From Polyangiales bacterium (lineage in GTDB: Bacteria > Myxococcota_A > Polyangia > Polyangiales > Houyiibacteriaceae): 53,917 nt of DNA. The stretch lies in NCBI GenBank assembly GCA_047619315.1, contig JBLHKB010000001.1:1-53917 (forward strand). Direction: 5' to 3'. The translations under genes and the position numbers were made by a program. How positions within the stretch are numbered: position 1 is the stretch's first letter; every line of letters starts with the position of its first letter. The notes beneath the pieces are model-generated. The model was given only the letters and a program-made list of their open reading frames with translations, was not told the origin of the DNA and ran no database searches. Positions 17,156 to 26,290 of the stretch are shown piece after piece.

Positions 17156-18541
17156 TCAGTCGGCGATGTCGATGCGGTAGACCTGACGCGTCGTCATGTG
17201 CGCGAAGTAGAGCGAGCCCTGCATCGCCGTCATGCCGCCGATGCCGCCGCCGAGACCCGTGTCGACTGTGCGGACGATCTCGCCGCTCGCGCGGTCGATC
17301 ACTGAGATCATGCCGCTGGTGTGGTCGGCGATGACGAGTGTCTCGGCGTCCACGGTGGCCAAGCCACTGGGTCGTGCGTCTGCACCCCACTCTGCGGTCA
17401 GCTGCTCAGCCGTGACAAGCTCGGTGAGCGTGGGGTCGAGAATGATGTCGCCTTCGATGTCCTCGTAGGTGCGGAAGGTGCGCGTCGGTGCGATGTCTTC
17501 GGTGAGGGAAAGCGTGACCACTCGAGTGTTGAACGTGTCCGCGATGAAGAGAGTGTCGCCATCGATCTCGAGGTTGCTTGGTACGTCGACGACGCGACCA
17601 AGAGCGTCCTGGGGTGGAAGGTACCGAGTGACGCTGGCGTCCTCGTGGTAAAAGTGACCTGGGCTGTGGGGCTTGCCGAAATCGTAGCGGTCGATGGACC
17701 CAACGGATCCGTTGAGGACCCAGAAGACTTGGTCCTGCTCCCACGCCATGCCCATGCAGTACTGAGTGCCATGGACCATGTCGAGATGGCTTCCGTTGGA
17801 CCACGGGTAAGGCATGTTGCCGTTCGAGTAGATATCGCGATCGCCCGTCCATAGGCTTGGACCGATGAAGGGTTGGCCGTCCGTGAGGTTGCCCGTGGCG
17901 TGCTCGGCGCAGGTCCCGAAGATATGTGGGATAATCTGGGTCTCCGTAATCAGAGGGCTGCCATCTCGGTCGAGCGTGCCGGGGTCTCCAGGTTCAAGCG
18001 TATCTTCGGCCATGCCGAAGGCGATCGCCGAAGGGCGGCGCATGAAGTGGAGAGCGTTCTGATCGACGACAAAATTGACGCGGTTGTTCGCGATCGTCGC
18101 CATGGAGTCGGCGGCTGGATCCGCGATAGCGGCGGTTCCGCCTTGGAGTCCGAAACAGTTGTCGTCGTCGGATGGGCGCGTTGAGGCCCCGCGCTCCGTG
18201 CACTCCTCTGCGTCGCTGAACTCTTCGCGGTCCATGCGGTGGATGACCCAAAGATCGCCGTCGGTGCCCTCGTCGAGGTCGACGGGGATCCAAGGACGCA
18301 TCTCGCCGGCGTTCCGGTCGTTCGCTTCTGGCGCCTGATAGATCGGCGTGAAGGTCAGAGCCCCGCCGCGAATGCCAGATGGACCAGCGTCGGTTCCACC
18401 GTCAACGAGGTCGGGTCCTCCGTCGCTGCCGGATGGGCCAGCATCAAAGCTGCCTACGTCGGCGATGGGCAGAGTGGCGTCGTCACCACAGGCCATGGCC
18501 AGAATGAGAGATAAAAGCGTCAAGCACTTCGTAAAGGACAT
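17156..18541 (-). CDS. lipoprotein with C-terminal NHL/YncE-like beta-propeller repeats
   Basis: Start trimmed to the ATG at 18541 (MSFTKCLTLLSLILAMAC). Acidic DAGPSG linker. C-terminal repeats TLFIADTFNTRVVTLS, LVIADHTSGMISVIDRASGEIV and SLYFAHMTTRQVYRIDI. Confidence 0.75.
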   Translation of the reverse strand: MSFTKCLTLLSLILAMACGDDATLPIADVGSFDAGPSGSDGGPDLVDGGTDAGPSGIRGGALTFTPIYQAPEANDRNAGEMRPWIPVDLDEGTDGDLWVIHRMDREEFSDAEECTERGASTRPSDDDNCFGLQGGTAAIADPAADSMATIANNRVNFVVDQNALHFMRRPSAIAFGMAEDTLEPGDPGTLDRDGSPLITETQIIPHIFGTCAEHATGNLTDGQPFIGPSLWTGDRDIYSNGNMPYPWSNGSHLDMVHGTQYCMGMAWEQDQVFWVLNGSVGSIDRYDFGKPHSPGHFYHEDASVTRYLPPQDALGRVVDVPSNLEIDGDTLFIADTFNTRVVTLSLTEDIAPTRTFRTYEDIEGDIILDPTLTELVTAEQLTAEWGADARPSGLATVDAETLVIADHTSGMISVIDRASGEIVRTVDTGLGGGIGGMTAMQGSLYFAHMTTRQVYRIDIAD

Positions 18542-18631
18542 GAAATCACCATGACACGGGTTTGCCGACCGCGGTAGAGACGCAAAGATCAGGCTTTTAG
18601 GAATCGTCGTAGCAGCTGCTATGATCACGCG

Positions 18632-19831
18632 ATGCTTCGGAGCGCGATTTGTCTCTTGCTGCTGGTTGGATGTGCCGATTCCTACTCGGTCACCGTACGC
18701 TTCAACGATGAAGCACGCCGTGCGAACGCCGAGCGGGTTGAGGTCGTCCTCGTCAGCCAATGCCCCGTGGAGCTACTCGCACCCCCGGTCGACATTTTTC
18801 GGCGAATCGTGCTCCGGGACGGCGAAGCCGCCGAGTCCCTCGGTGACTTTCCGAGTGGCGCATACGGACTCTACGCTCGCGCCGTCGACGATACCTGCCG
18901 GGTCATCGCGGCGGGCTGCACTCCCGTTCTCATCACCAGCGGTGAGAGTGGTGATCTCGTCGTCACGCTCTCCAACATCGATGGCCAAGAGTGCGTGGCG
19001 ACCCTCTGCGGGAGCGTATGCACCAACGACGCGGCGGTGGACTCAGCTCTCAACGACGCCGCCAGTAACGGACCGGTAGATGCGGGCACGGACGCCGAGC
19101 TCGACGCCGCACCGGATGCGCAAGATGGCGACGCGGAGGCCAACGACGCTGGACCCCCCTGCCTCTTCGACAATTACCCAGCGACCATCAACGCCAATTC
19201 CCCTGATTTCTATTTTCGATTTGAGGGCGGCGGCGCCGCCGAGGATGACCGTGGAAGCACAGAAGCGGAGCTGAGAGATGACTTCACCATCGAAGCCACC
19301 TCGGCGTTCCCTGCCCTTGGCAACAGCCTCGCGCTCGGTGAGACGGGAGCATTCGTGCTTACGACTAATCAGCCGGACGACAGCGCGTTCACGCTCGCCG
19401 TCTGGGTACGTGTTGCCGCAGACATCCGAGACCAGCTTCCCCGCGCCATTTTCATCAGCGAGGAGTTTCGTGCGACGGGCTTTCGCCTATGGGTGGTCGA
19501 AGGCCTGGGCGTCCACTACACCACCAGGTTCGGACACCCGGCGGACGCCCGGATCGAACCCGTCGTCTTCGGCGAGCTCGTCCTGAACGAGTGGACACAC
19601 GTCGTTCTCACCGTCGATCCCGATGAAGTACACGGTTACCTTAATGGCGTCGAAGTCGTGAATACCGAAGTGTCCAACCTCAACACGGGTTCGCTCGTAG
19701 CAGGGAGCGGGAGCGTGAATGGACTCTCCGCAGGCATCGATATCGACGAGCTGGCGTACTATCCGCGGGTATTGGACGCCGCATTGGTGTTGCGTCATTA
19801 CCGCGCCGCTGTCAGCTGCCCCGCTCCTTGA
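18632..19831 (+). CDS. lipoprotein with C-terminal LamG/concanavalin-A-like lectin domain
   Basis: Lipobox MLRSAICLLLLVGC. The C-terminal half (FTLAVWVRV..., WTHVVLTVDPDEVHGYLNGVEV, IDELAYYPRVLD) matches the Laminin_G_3 pattern. Confidence 0.75.
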   Translation: MLRSAICLLLLVGCADSYSVTVRFNDEARRANAERVEVVLVSQCPVELLAPPVDIFRRIVLRDGEAAESLGDFPSGAYGLYARAVDDTCRVIAAGCTPVLITSGESGDLVVTLSNIDGQECVATLCGSVCTNDAAVDSALNDAASNGPVDAGTDAELDAAPDAQDGDAEANDAGPPCLFDNYPATINANSPDFYFRFEGGGAAEDDRGSTEAELRDDFTIEATSAFPALGNSLALGETGAFVLTTNQPDDSAFTLAVWVRVAADIRDQLPRAIFISEEFRATGFRLWVVEGLGVHYTTRFGHPADARIEPVVFGELVLNEWTHVVLTVDPDEVHGYLNGVEVVNTEVSNLNTGSLVAGSGSVNGLSAGIDIDELAYYPRVLDAALVLRHYRAAVSCPAP

Positions 19832-21074
19832 GCGTCCCACGCAACGCATAAATGCGACCTTCCAGGAAGCGCCGCTCCGTCTGGTTTTCACAGCGCGACA
19901 GCGCAGCCTCATACGCTCCTCGCGCCGCCACGCGATCGTCAAGGCGCCGCAGCAGCTCGCCACGCGCCGAGTGAAACAAGTAGTAGCCGTCCAGCTCTTC
20001 GGCGAGCGCGTCCATCAGCTCCAGACCCTGCGCCGGCCCAAACGCCTCCGCGACGGCCACCGCCCGATTGAGCGCAACCACGGGACTTGGCGTCGCTCGC
20101 AGCAGGTATTCGTAGAGTCCGACGATCTGCGGCCAGTCTGTCTCCTCCGCAACTCGCGCCTCGGCATGAAGGGCGGCGATGGCCGCCTGCAAGGCATACG
20201 TACCCGGCGCGGTGCGCGCTCGCGTGCCGAGCATCAACGCGTGGCGCGCCAAAGCCGAACCGCGTTCGATAGCCTCGCGGTCCCACCGGCTGCGGTCTTG
20301 GTCGGACAAGAGCACGAGCTCGCCGTCGTCCGTCTGTCGCGTATCTGCCCGCGAGTGATGCAGAGTCATCAAAGAGAGGAGCCCATAGACTTCAGGTTGC
20401 TCCGCGAAGAGCAGCACCAGTTCGTCGCCCATCCGGATCGCGTGCCTGCACAAGTCCCGCCGCACCAGCTCTGCGCCGGAGCTCGCACCGTAGCCTTCGT
20501 TGAACACCAAGTAGATGACCTGCAAGACGCCGCTGAGTCGTTCGCGCAGCTCATCTCCGCTTGGCACGCGGTACGGGATCCTCGCGTCTTTGATCTTCTT
20601 TTTTGCGCGCACGATTCGTTGCGCCATCGTCGGCACCGGCGTCAAGAACGCCCGAGCGATCTCTTCCGTCGTCAACCCTGCGATGGTGCGCAGCGTGAGC
20701 GCCACGCGCACTTCCGGCGACAGCGCGGGGTGACAGCAGGTGAAGATGAGTCGGAGCATGTCGTCTCGTACAGCGTCAGGGTCTGGCGTTTCATCCGCCT
20801 GCAAGGAGTGAAGGACGACAAGATCTGGCTCGCGCTCCTTGCGCAACTGGCGCTTCCGGATCTCGTCGATGGCGCGGTTCTTTGCCGCACGGGTGAGCCA
20901 GGCGCGGGGCGAATCCGGCAAGCCGTCCCGCGCCCACACCTCAGCGGCCTCGACGAGGGCTTGCTGAAGAGAGTCTTCCGCCAAGTCGAGGTCGCGGACC
21001 GAACGGATCAGGCGCGCAAGAACGTGCCCGTAGTGGTCACGAACGACGGAGCGTAGCTGCTGTCGTGCGTCCAG
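19812..21074 (-). CDS. COG4941-type ECF-like RNA polymerase sigma factor with C-terminal extension. Probable CTG start at 21074; the first canonical start is the TTG at 20984
   Basis: Region 2 (AEDSLQQALVEAAEVW, PRAWLTRAAKNRAIDEIRKRQ), region 4 (LTTEEIARAFLTPVPTMAQRIVRAKKKI) and a long helical C-terminal domain. The conserved N-terminal helix QQLRSVVRDHYGHVLARLIRSVRDLDL is encoded upstream of 20984. GGGAGG lies 5 nt before the CTG at 21074. The classic YCII partner gene is immediately upstream. Confidence 0.85.
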   Translation of the reverse strand: MDARQQLRSVVRDHYGHVLARLIRSVRDLDLAEDSLQQALVEAAEVWARDGLPDSPRAWLTRAAKNRAIDEIRKRQLRKEREPDLVVLHSLQADETPDPDAVRDDMLRLIFTCCHPALSPEVRVALTLRTIAGLTTEEIARAFLTPVPTMAQRIVRAKKKIKDARIPYRVPSGDELRERLSGVLQVIYLVFNEGYGASSGAELVRRDLCRHAIRMGDELVLLFAEQPEVYGLLSLMTLHHSRADTRQTDDGELVLLSDQDRSRWDREAIERGSALARHALMLGTRARTAPGTYALQAAIAALHAEARVAEETDWPQIVGLYEYLLRATPSPVVALNRAVAVAEAFGPAQGLELMDALAEELDGYYLFHSARGELLRRLDDRVAARGAYEAALSRCENQTERRFLEGRIYALRGTLKERGS

Positions 21075-21091
21075 CGGAACCTCCCGTGAGC

Positions 21092-21451
21092 CTAGGCGCC
21101 AAGCTCGTAGTTCATGATCGACCGAACCTCGACACAGCCCGTCTTTGCCGCCGGAATCCGCGCGGCCAGAGCGATCGCCTCCGCTTCGTCCTTCGCTTCG
21201 ATCAAGTAGTAGCCCCCAAGCTGCTCCTTCGTCTCAGCGAAAGGGCCAACCGTCGTCGAAGTTTCGCCGCTACGCACACGAACGGTCGTTGCCGTTCCGG
21301 TAGAATTCAGCGCGTCCCCCGCGACGAAGTTCCCGTTCTTCTTGGCGTGCTCGCTGAACGCGTAGTAGCCGCCGAACATCTCTTTGCGATCCGCGTCTGG
21401 CATGGCGGCGTCTTCGGTTTCGTTGGTGTAGATCAAAAGTAGGTACTGCAT
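21092..21451 (-). CDS. YCII-related (DGPF) domain protein
   Basis: MQYLLLIYTNE...GPFAETKEQLGGYYLIEAKDEAEAIALAARIP is the canonical YCII pattern. It is paired with the COG4941 sigma factor. Confidence 0.85.
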   Translation of the reverse strand: MQYLLLIYTNETEDAAMPDADRKEMFGGYYAFSEHAKKNGNFVAGDALNSTGTATTVRVRSGETSTTVGPFAETKEQLGGYYLIEAKDEAEAIALAARIPAAKTGCVEVRSIMNYELGA

Positions 21452-21693
21452 CTGTTCTCCAAGAGGGGCATCGACGCCCTACCCTCCGAGCGTATCAGCA
21501 TGCTCCGTTTCGACAGCACGGTGCGTTTTATTGAAAAGACGCGCGTGGAGACCGGCCTCCAAGCACTCGGTTCGCGGCGAATCTCTGCAATTTGAGCTTT
21601 TTCATACTTTTTTCATGCCTCTGTCGAATTCACCGTCACTCCTTCGCCCCTGGCACAACACGAGCTGCGAGCTCGCACAACAAGGATCTCGAT

Positions 21694-22440
21694 ATGAGCT
21701 ACGACTACGGACGATTCGTTTGGTTTGAACTGAACACCCACGACAAAGACGCTGCGCTGCGCTTCTACCCCGAAGTACTCGGCTGGAAGACCTCCACCAT
21801 GGACATGGCGAGCGGCAGCTACTCGATGGTCAACGTCGGCGAAGCGGCCTACGGCGGGATCGTCGATTCTCCGGTTCCCAACGTGCCTCCACACTGGGTG
21901 AGTTACGTATCCGTCGAAGACGTCGACGCCACCGCAAAAGCCGTCGTCGAAAACGGTGGCGAGTGCCTCATGGACGCGATGAACATCCCCGGTGTTGGAC
22001 GCGTTCAGCCCGTCGCCGACCCCGAAGGAGCCGCCTTCGTGCTCTTCACGAACGCTTCGGAGGACAGCGCTCCCCCCGAGGGCGAGGGCTCCTTTCACTG
22101 GAACGAACTCTGGTCGAAGGACCCCGAGGCCCAGGTTGCCTTCTACGAGAGGGCCTTGGGGTACACGAGCGAGATCATGGAGATGCCAAACGGTCAGTAC
22201 TTCATGCTCAAGAACGGAGAACACAGCCGCGGCGGCATCATGAAGTCCCCCATCGACGCGCCGACGCACTGGGAGCAGTACGTCCGCGTCGATGACGTTG
22301 ACGCGGCCCGCACGCGCGCCACGGGCAACGGTGGTCAGGCCCTCGGTGACGTGATGGAAGTTCCCGGCGTCGGTCGCTTTGGCCTGATCGCCGACGCCAG
22401 CGGCGCCACCCTCGGCGTCATCACTCCCGCCGAGGCATAG
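21694..22440 (+). CDS. two-domain VOC (glyoxalase/bleomycin-resistance fold) family protein
   Basis: Start trimmed to the ATG at 21694 (MSYDYGRFVWFEL). Two tandem repeats of the pattern F.W.EL...D...A..FY...LGW......M....Y.M...G....GGI, each followed by GGE/GGQ...PGVGR....DP.GA. Confidence 0.85.
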   Translation: MSYDYGRFVWFELNTHDKDAALRFYPEVLGWKTSTMDMASGSYSMVNVGEAAYGGIVDSPVPNVPPHWVSYVSVEDVDATAKAVVENGGECLMDAMNIPGVGRVQPVADPEGAAFVLFTNASEDSAPPEGEGSFHWNELWSKDPEAQVAFYERALGYTSEIMEMPNGQYFMLKNGEHSRGGIMKSPIDAPTHWEQYVRVDDVDAARTRATGNGGQALGDVMEVPGVGRFGLIADASGATLGVITPAEA

Positions 22441-25400
22441 TCAGCCGTCGTCGAATTCGCGCGCGACTTGGCGCGTGCGCGTTCGGCGACCTTCGTCCTT
22501 CGCGCGCTTCCTTCTCTTCCTCGCTCGCTCCCTTTCGCGACGCGTTGAGACATGATTGAAGCGCTGCCTGGTCGATGCTTCCGTCCGGACGGCGCGCCTG
22601 CTCCATACAACGCTGGTACGCGCTGCCGCCGCTCGGGCCGGCCGTTGTACGACTCGGCATCCGGCGCCGCGCTCGACGCCGCATCGGCTGTGCAGTGCTC
22701 ATCGTGGACACTGTGCTGGGTGCATAGAGCGCCGCTGGCGCCATCACGGGGGGAGCCTCTGCGGCCGCTTGCGCAGGCGGAGCCACTCCCACCGGCACCT
22801 GGGAAGGCTGCTGGACAGTCGTCGCGGGGGTGTCGACGATGGATTGCTCATCCACGGCGATGAACGCCGTCCACTCCGTGAGCAGGTGGTGGCGGAGGCC
22901 CGTCAGCGTGACCTCTTCACGCAGCTCGTCGCTAGGGCGCAGCGCCATCGCGGTCATCAAGTCACGAATGCGCGTTCGCGCCCAAATGGACCCCAGCGCC
23001 GGACGCTCTTCGCCGGCCTCTGGGAGCTCGACGTGAACACGCTGTTCGAACGCTCGCCCCGCGACGCGGCCACGAATCACGACCTCGCCAGCGCCGCCTT
23101 GAGCGTAGCGCCCGTGCACCACGAGTGGACGGTCCGCGAAGAGGTCCGGAAGGCGTCTTGGATACGCGTCTTGGACGTCGAGTTCACCCCAATCGATCTG
23201 AATGTCCGTGAGGTAGGGACGGGCGATGCGCGCATGAAACGCTTCCGCTGCGGCCTCCGGCGATTCGTCGAGGGTCACAACCTGAACATCACCGCGACCG
23301 ACTTCGGCCAGGCGCGTCAGCAAGTAGCGGTTCACCGCGGACCCAACGCCAAAGCCAAACACGCGCGCCTGACCCAGGTTCTCATGCACTGCGCGGAAGA
23401 CCTCGGACTCACGGGCGATGTATCCGTCCGTCATCAGCACCACGAAGCGAAGCCTGCCCGTCTCCGCCTCGGGCTGAAGCGCCGCTTCGATGCCTTGGAC
23501 CATTCGCGTTCGGCCAAGGGCGCGCATGTCATCAACAAATGCGAGCCCTCGCTCTTTGTTGGCTTCATTCGCGTCCAGCGGTGCCTCCGCCAAGGATTCC
23601 GTCTGATCGGCAAAGCTCAAGACACGAAAGGTGTCCGTGCGCCGCAGCCCACGGATCGCGGTGCGCATGGCGGCCTTGGCGAGCTCCATCGGTCGACCTT
23701 GCATCGAGCTCGAGGTGTCGACGACGAAGACGAGCTCCCGCGGCATCACATCGCTTTCGCTGACATTTAGGCTTGGATGGACCGCCATCGCAAAGTGGCC
23801 TCGCTCGTCGGCGGACTGCGGCGCGCTGGCGGTCACGCCGACCGTTGGCACTTCACCCGCGACGGCGAAACGAACTTCGAAATCACGGTCCGGGCGAGCC
23901 GCCTCGTCGAGTTCGATCTTGTGCCGTCCATTCTCCTCCTCGGTCTTGATCGAGTGCGTCGGCGAACTCACTGAATGAACCGCGACGCCCAGACCCGCGT
24001 CGATGGTGATGTCCACGCGATCGGGGCGTTCCGCGCCCGGCGCAAGAGCCACCTGCTGGATGCTGCCCGCCGTTGCGCTGTCCTCATCGAAGCGAGGTCC
24101 AGCCACGAGTGGATAGACGAAACGATAGGAACCCTCCTCGTAGGGGAGCACCTGCGTGTACGTGAGGGCGACGCGAATCGTGCTGCCGGGCTTGAGGTTC
24201 GCGACGCTCTGACGAAAGAGATTGGGTCGCTCCTGTTCGAGGAGACTCGCCAGCTGGCCATTGCTCCGGGCCGCCTCGTACTCTTCTCGCGCATCCCGCC
24301 TTCGACGAATCTGGGCGCGGATCACTCGGTCTCCGTTGCGCAACTCCATCGCGTCGACGGCGGCGTCGTCGGGGAGTGGAAAGAGGTACACCGCCTCGAC
24401 GGGGCGGTCGTAGGGGTTGGTGAACGTCTGCTCCACCTCAACGCGCGTGATGAAGCCGTCGACGCGAGCCGTCACTCGCGTGCCCGTGAGTGGAAAGCCA
24501 GGGACCTCGCCGGCGCGAGCGTCTTCGTCGAGCTGCATCGTGCCTTCACTCGGTCGTTCATCTTCTTCGACGGGCGGGCTCGTTCCTGTCACGGCGCCGG
24601 TGTGTGAAGCGTTGCCTCCCCACTGGTGCCAGCCGTCCAGTGTGGAGTCCGACACCTCAAGGGCCACGACGCCGCCGCGCTGCGTGGATGCGTAGACCCA
24701 GCCGTGCGCGATGGTGGGCTGCGTGACGATGGGCTCGCCGACGTCATACGCCCAGGTCGTCATTCCGGTGTCGATATCGAGGCCAAAGAGCACGCCGGAC
24801 TGCGTCCCAAAGACAAGCTGTGAGCCGGCGATGGCGGGAGGACTTGCGGGCCGTGAGCCGGCGCTTGGCGGAACATCCGCATAGCGACGTGTCCACAAGA
24901 GCTCGCCCGTGTCGGCATCGCGGCTTTGTACCTCGTTGCCAATCGTCTGATAGGAGCGCCCATCAACGACCGTCGCGCGTGACCCTTCATAGGCCCAACC
25001 GTGCTGAACGCCGGTGTCGGGGCGCGTGGCGAAGACCGCTGGTACGGAGTCGTATTCGGCGAGGGTTTCGCCGCTGGACTTGCTGAGGACCAGCGCGCGT
25101 TCGCTTCGCTCGTCGCCGCGCCCTTCGCGAACCGTGACGTGGATCTTGTCGCCGTCGATGGATGGTGCGCTCGTCGCGTCCAGTCGCCGACGCCAGCGCT
25201 GGCGCCCTGTCGCCTGGTCCATGCTGTAGACCGTGCCGTCCATCGTCGTAAACACAACGTTGCCTGCTGCATCGTCCACAACGGGCGCGTTCATCACATC
25301 GGCGGCGATGCGACGCGTCCAGCGCTCCCGGCCGGTGTTGAGGTCCAGCGCCGTAAACCCATAGCGACGGCCGGAGCCCACACCAAAGCCCGTCGTGCCG

Positions 25401-26200
25401 GGCTGAAGTCCGCCAGGGGATCGTGCGTCGATGATGTGCCCACTGAACACCATGCTCTCGTTCGCCGCCGGCTGGCTCATGAGAGGGTCGCCGAGCCAGC
25501 GGGACCAGACGCGACGGCCGGTGGCCCCATCCACAGCAAAGAGCGTACAGCTCTCCGTGTTGAAGATGACTTTGCCCCCTTCGTAGATCGCCGCGGAAGG
25601 TCCGCCGTCCGGCGCAGACGCGCGCCACTCGCGCTCACCCGTCCGCGCGGAATAGGCGAAGAGCTGATGCGACGAGAAGCCGCCGCCGACGTAGACTTTG
25701 CCCTCGCCATACACCGGCGTGAGGAGCGCCTGACGCCCTCCCGGTGTGCGCGCGAACCAGCCACGTCGATGACCATCGAAGGTGAACTTCGACGTCGTCC
25801 CCCGATTTGTCGGCGGGATGCTCAACACGCGCGGCGTCATACGAGCCGTGAGGTTCGTGATGTCGTCCGGCACTTCGGCTTCAGGGAGCGCCGGCGCTGC
25901 ACCTGCAAGGTCGTGGGGCGCCGCCGCTTCTACGAGCTCATCGCCCGTCGTCACTCCCGAGGTCGTCGTGAGCTCTGGTTCGCTCGGCGTCTGGGCTGAC
26001 TGTGACGGAGTAGCCCCGCTGCAAGAAAGCAGGAGCACGCTGCCGAGACTGAGGAGTACAGACCCCAGGACTTTGGGAGATGGTCGCAGTTGAACGGGCG
26101 AGGCGGAACGGGACGTCCGCTGAATCGAAGAGAACATGAGTGGGTCACTTTCAGACGCTGGCGAAGGCTCAACACGTCCACCAAGACAAAGCTTGGGCAT
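22421..26200 (-). CDS. large lipoprotein: PQQ-like (BamB-like) beta-propeller + VIT domain + von Willebrand factor A domain
   Basis: Lipobox ...LGSVLLLSC. An alternative start is the ATG at 26137. PQQ-like repeats (LFAVDGATGRRVWS, ALDLNTGRERWTRR, VYSMDQATGRQRWRR, RDADTGELLWTR, GLDIDTGMTTWAY). VIT block (RVDGFITRVEVEQTFTNPYDRPVEAVYLFPLPDDAAV...). vWA MIDAS VFVVDTSSSMQG. The 3' end overlaps the VOC gene by 20 nt. Confidence 0.85.
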   Translation of the reverse strand: MPKLCLGGRVEPSPASESDPLMFSSIQRTSRSASPVQLRPSPKVLGSVLLSLGSVLLLSCSGATPSQSAQTPSEPELTTTSGVTTGDELVEAAAPHDLAGAAPALPEAEVPDDITNLTARMTPRVLSIPPTNRGTTSKFTFDGHRRGWFARTPGGRQALLTPVYGEGKVYVGGGFSSHQLFAYSARTGEREWRASAPDGGPSAAIYEGGKVIFNTESCTLFAVDGATGRRVWSRWLGDPLMSQPAANESMVFSGHIIDARSPGGLQPGTTGFGVGSGRRYGFTALDLNTGRERWTRRIAADVMNAPVVDDAAGNVVFTTMDGTVYSMDQATGRQRWRRRLDATSAPSIDGDKIHVTVREGRGDERSERALVLSKSSGETLAEYDSVPAVFATRPDTGVQHGWAYEGSRATVVDGRSYQTIGNEVQSRDADTGELLWTRRYADVPPSAGSRPASPPAIAGSQLVFGTQSGVLFGLDIDTGMTTWAYDVGEPIVTQPTIAHGWVYASTQRGGVVALEVSDSTLDGWHQWGGNASHTGAVTGTSPPVEEDERPSEGTMQLDEDARAGEVPGFPLTGTRVTARVDGFITRVEVEQTFTNPYDRPVEAVYLFPLPDDAAVDAMELRNGDRVIRAQIRRRRDAREEYEAARSNGQLASLLEQERPNLFRQSVANLKPGSTIRVALTYTQVLPYEEGSYRFVYPLVAGPRFDEDSATAGSIQQVALAPGAERPDRVDITIDAGLGVAVHSVSSPTHSIKTEEENGRHKIELDEAARPDRDFEVRFAVAGEVPTVGVTASAPQSADERGHFAMAVHPSLNVSESDVMPRELVFVVDTSSSMQGRPMELAKAAMRTAIRGLRRTDTFRVLSFADQTESLAEAPLDANEANKERGLAFVDDMRALGRTRMVQGIEAALQPEAETGRLRFVVLMTDGYIARESEVFRAVHENLGQARVFGFGVGSAVNRYLLTRLAEVGRGDVQVVTLDESPEAAAEAFHARIARPYLTDIQIDWGELDVQDAYPRRLPDLFADRPLVVHGRYAQGGAGEVVIRGRVAGRAFEQRVHVELPEAGEERPALGSIWARTRIRDLMTAMALRPSDELREEVTLTGLRHHLLTEWTAFIAVDEQSIVDTPATTVQQPSQVPVGVAPPAQAAAEAPPVMAPAALYAPSTVSTMSTAQPMRRRARRRMPSRTTAGPSGGSAYQRCMEQARRPDGSIDQAALQSCLNASRKGASEEEKEAREGRRSPNAHAPSRARIRRRLTMPRRE

Positions 26201-26290
26201 TTTCTTTCGAGCTTCGTGTTTTGTTCCCTGCAGAGTTGATCATTCGCCGCGACCAGCGCTTTTGGGCTTCGCTGCTATGTCTCCGTCATC

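Noticed and set aside
19812-19831. Two convergent gene pairs (19812-19831 and 22421-22440) overlap by exactly 20 nt
   Set aside because: The overlapping sequences are unrelated (TCAGCTGCCCCGCTCCTTGA versus TCACTCCCGCCGAGGCATAG). The equal length looks coincidental.
19719-21056. 445-aa plus-strand ORF antisense to the sigma factor
   Set aside because: It is extremely Arg-rich with no domains. The opposite strand encodes a complete, well-conserved sigma factor.
21651-21668. Sigma-54-like TGGCAC upstream of the VOC gene
   Set aside because: The downstream GC dinucleotide is one position out of register. The -12 element reads GAGC rather than TTGC. The support is insufficient.
22556-23770. Long antisense ORFs inside the large surface-protein genes. 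Others are 25001..25999, 38293..39318, 39442..40203 and 43853..44476
   Set aside because: All lie opposite genes with strong domain evidence (PQQ/VIT/vWA, FG-GAP). All show the Arg/Gly/Val-rich bias of GC-rich antisense frames.
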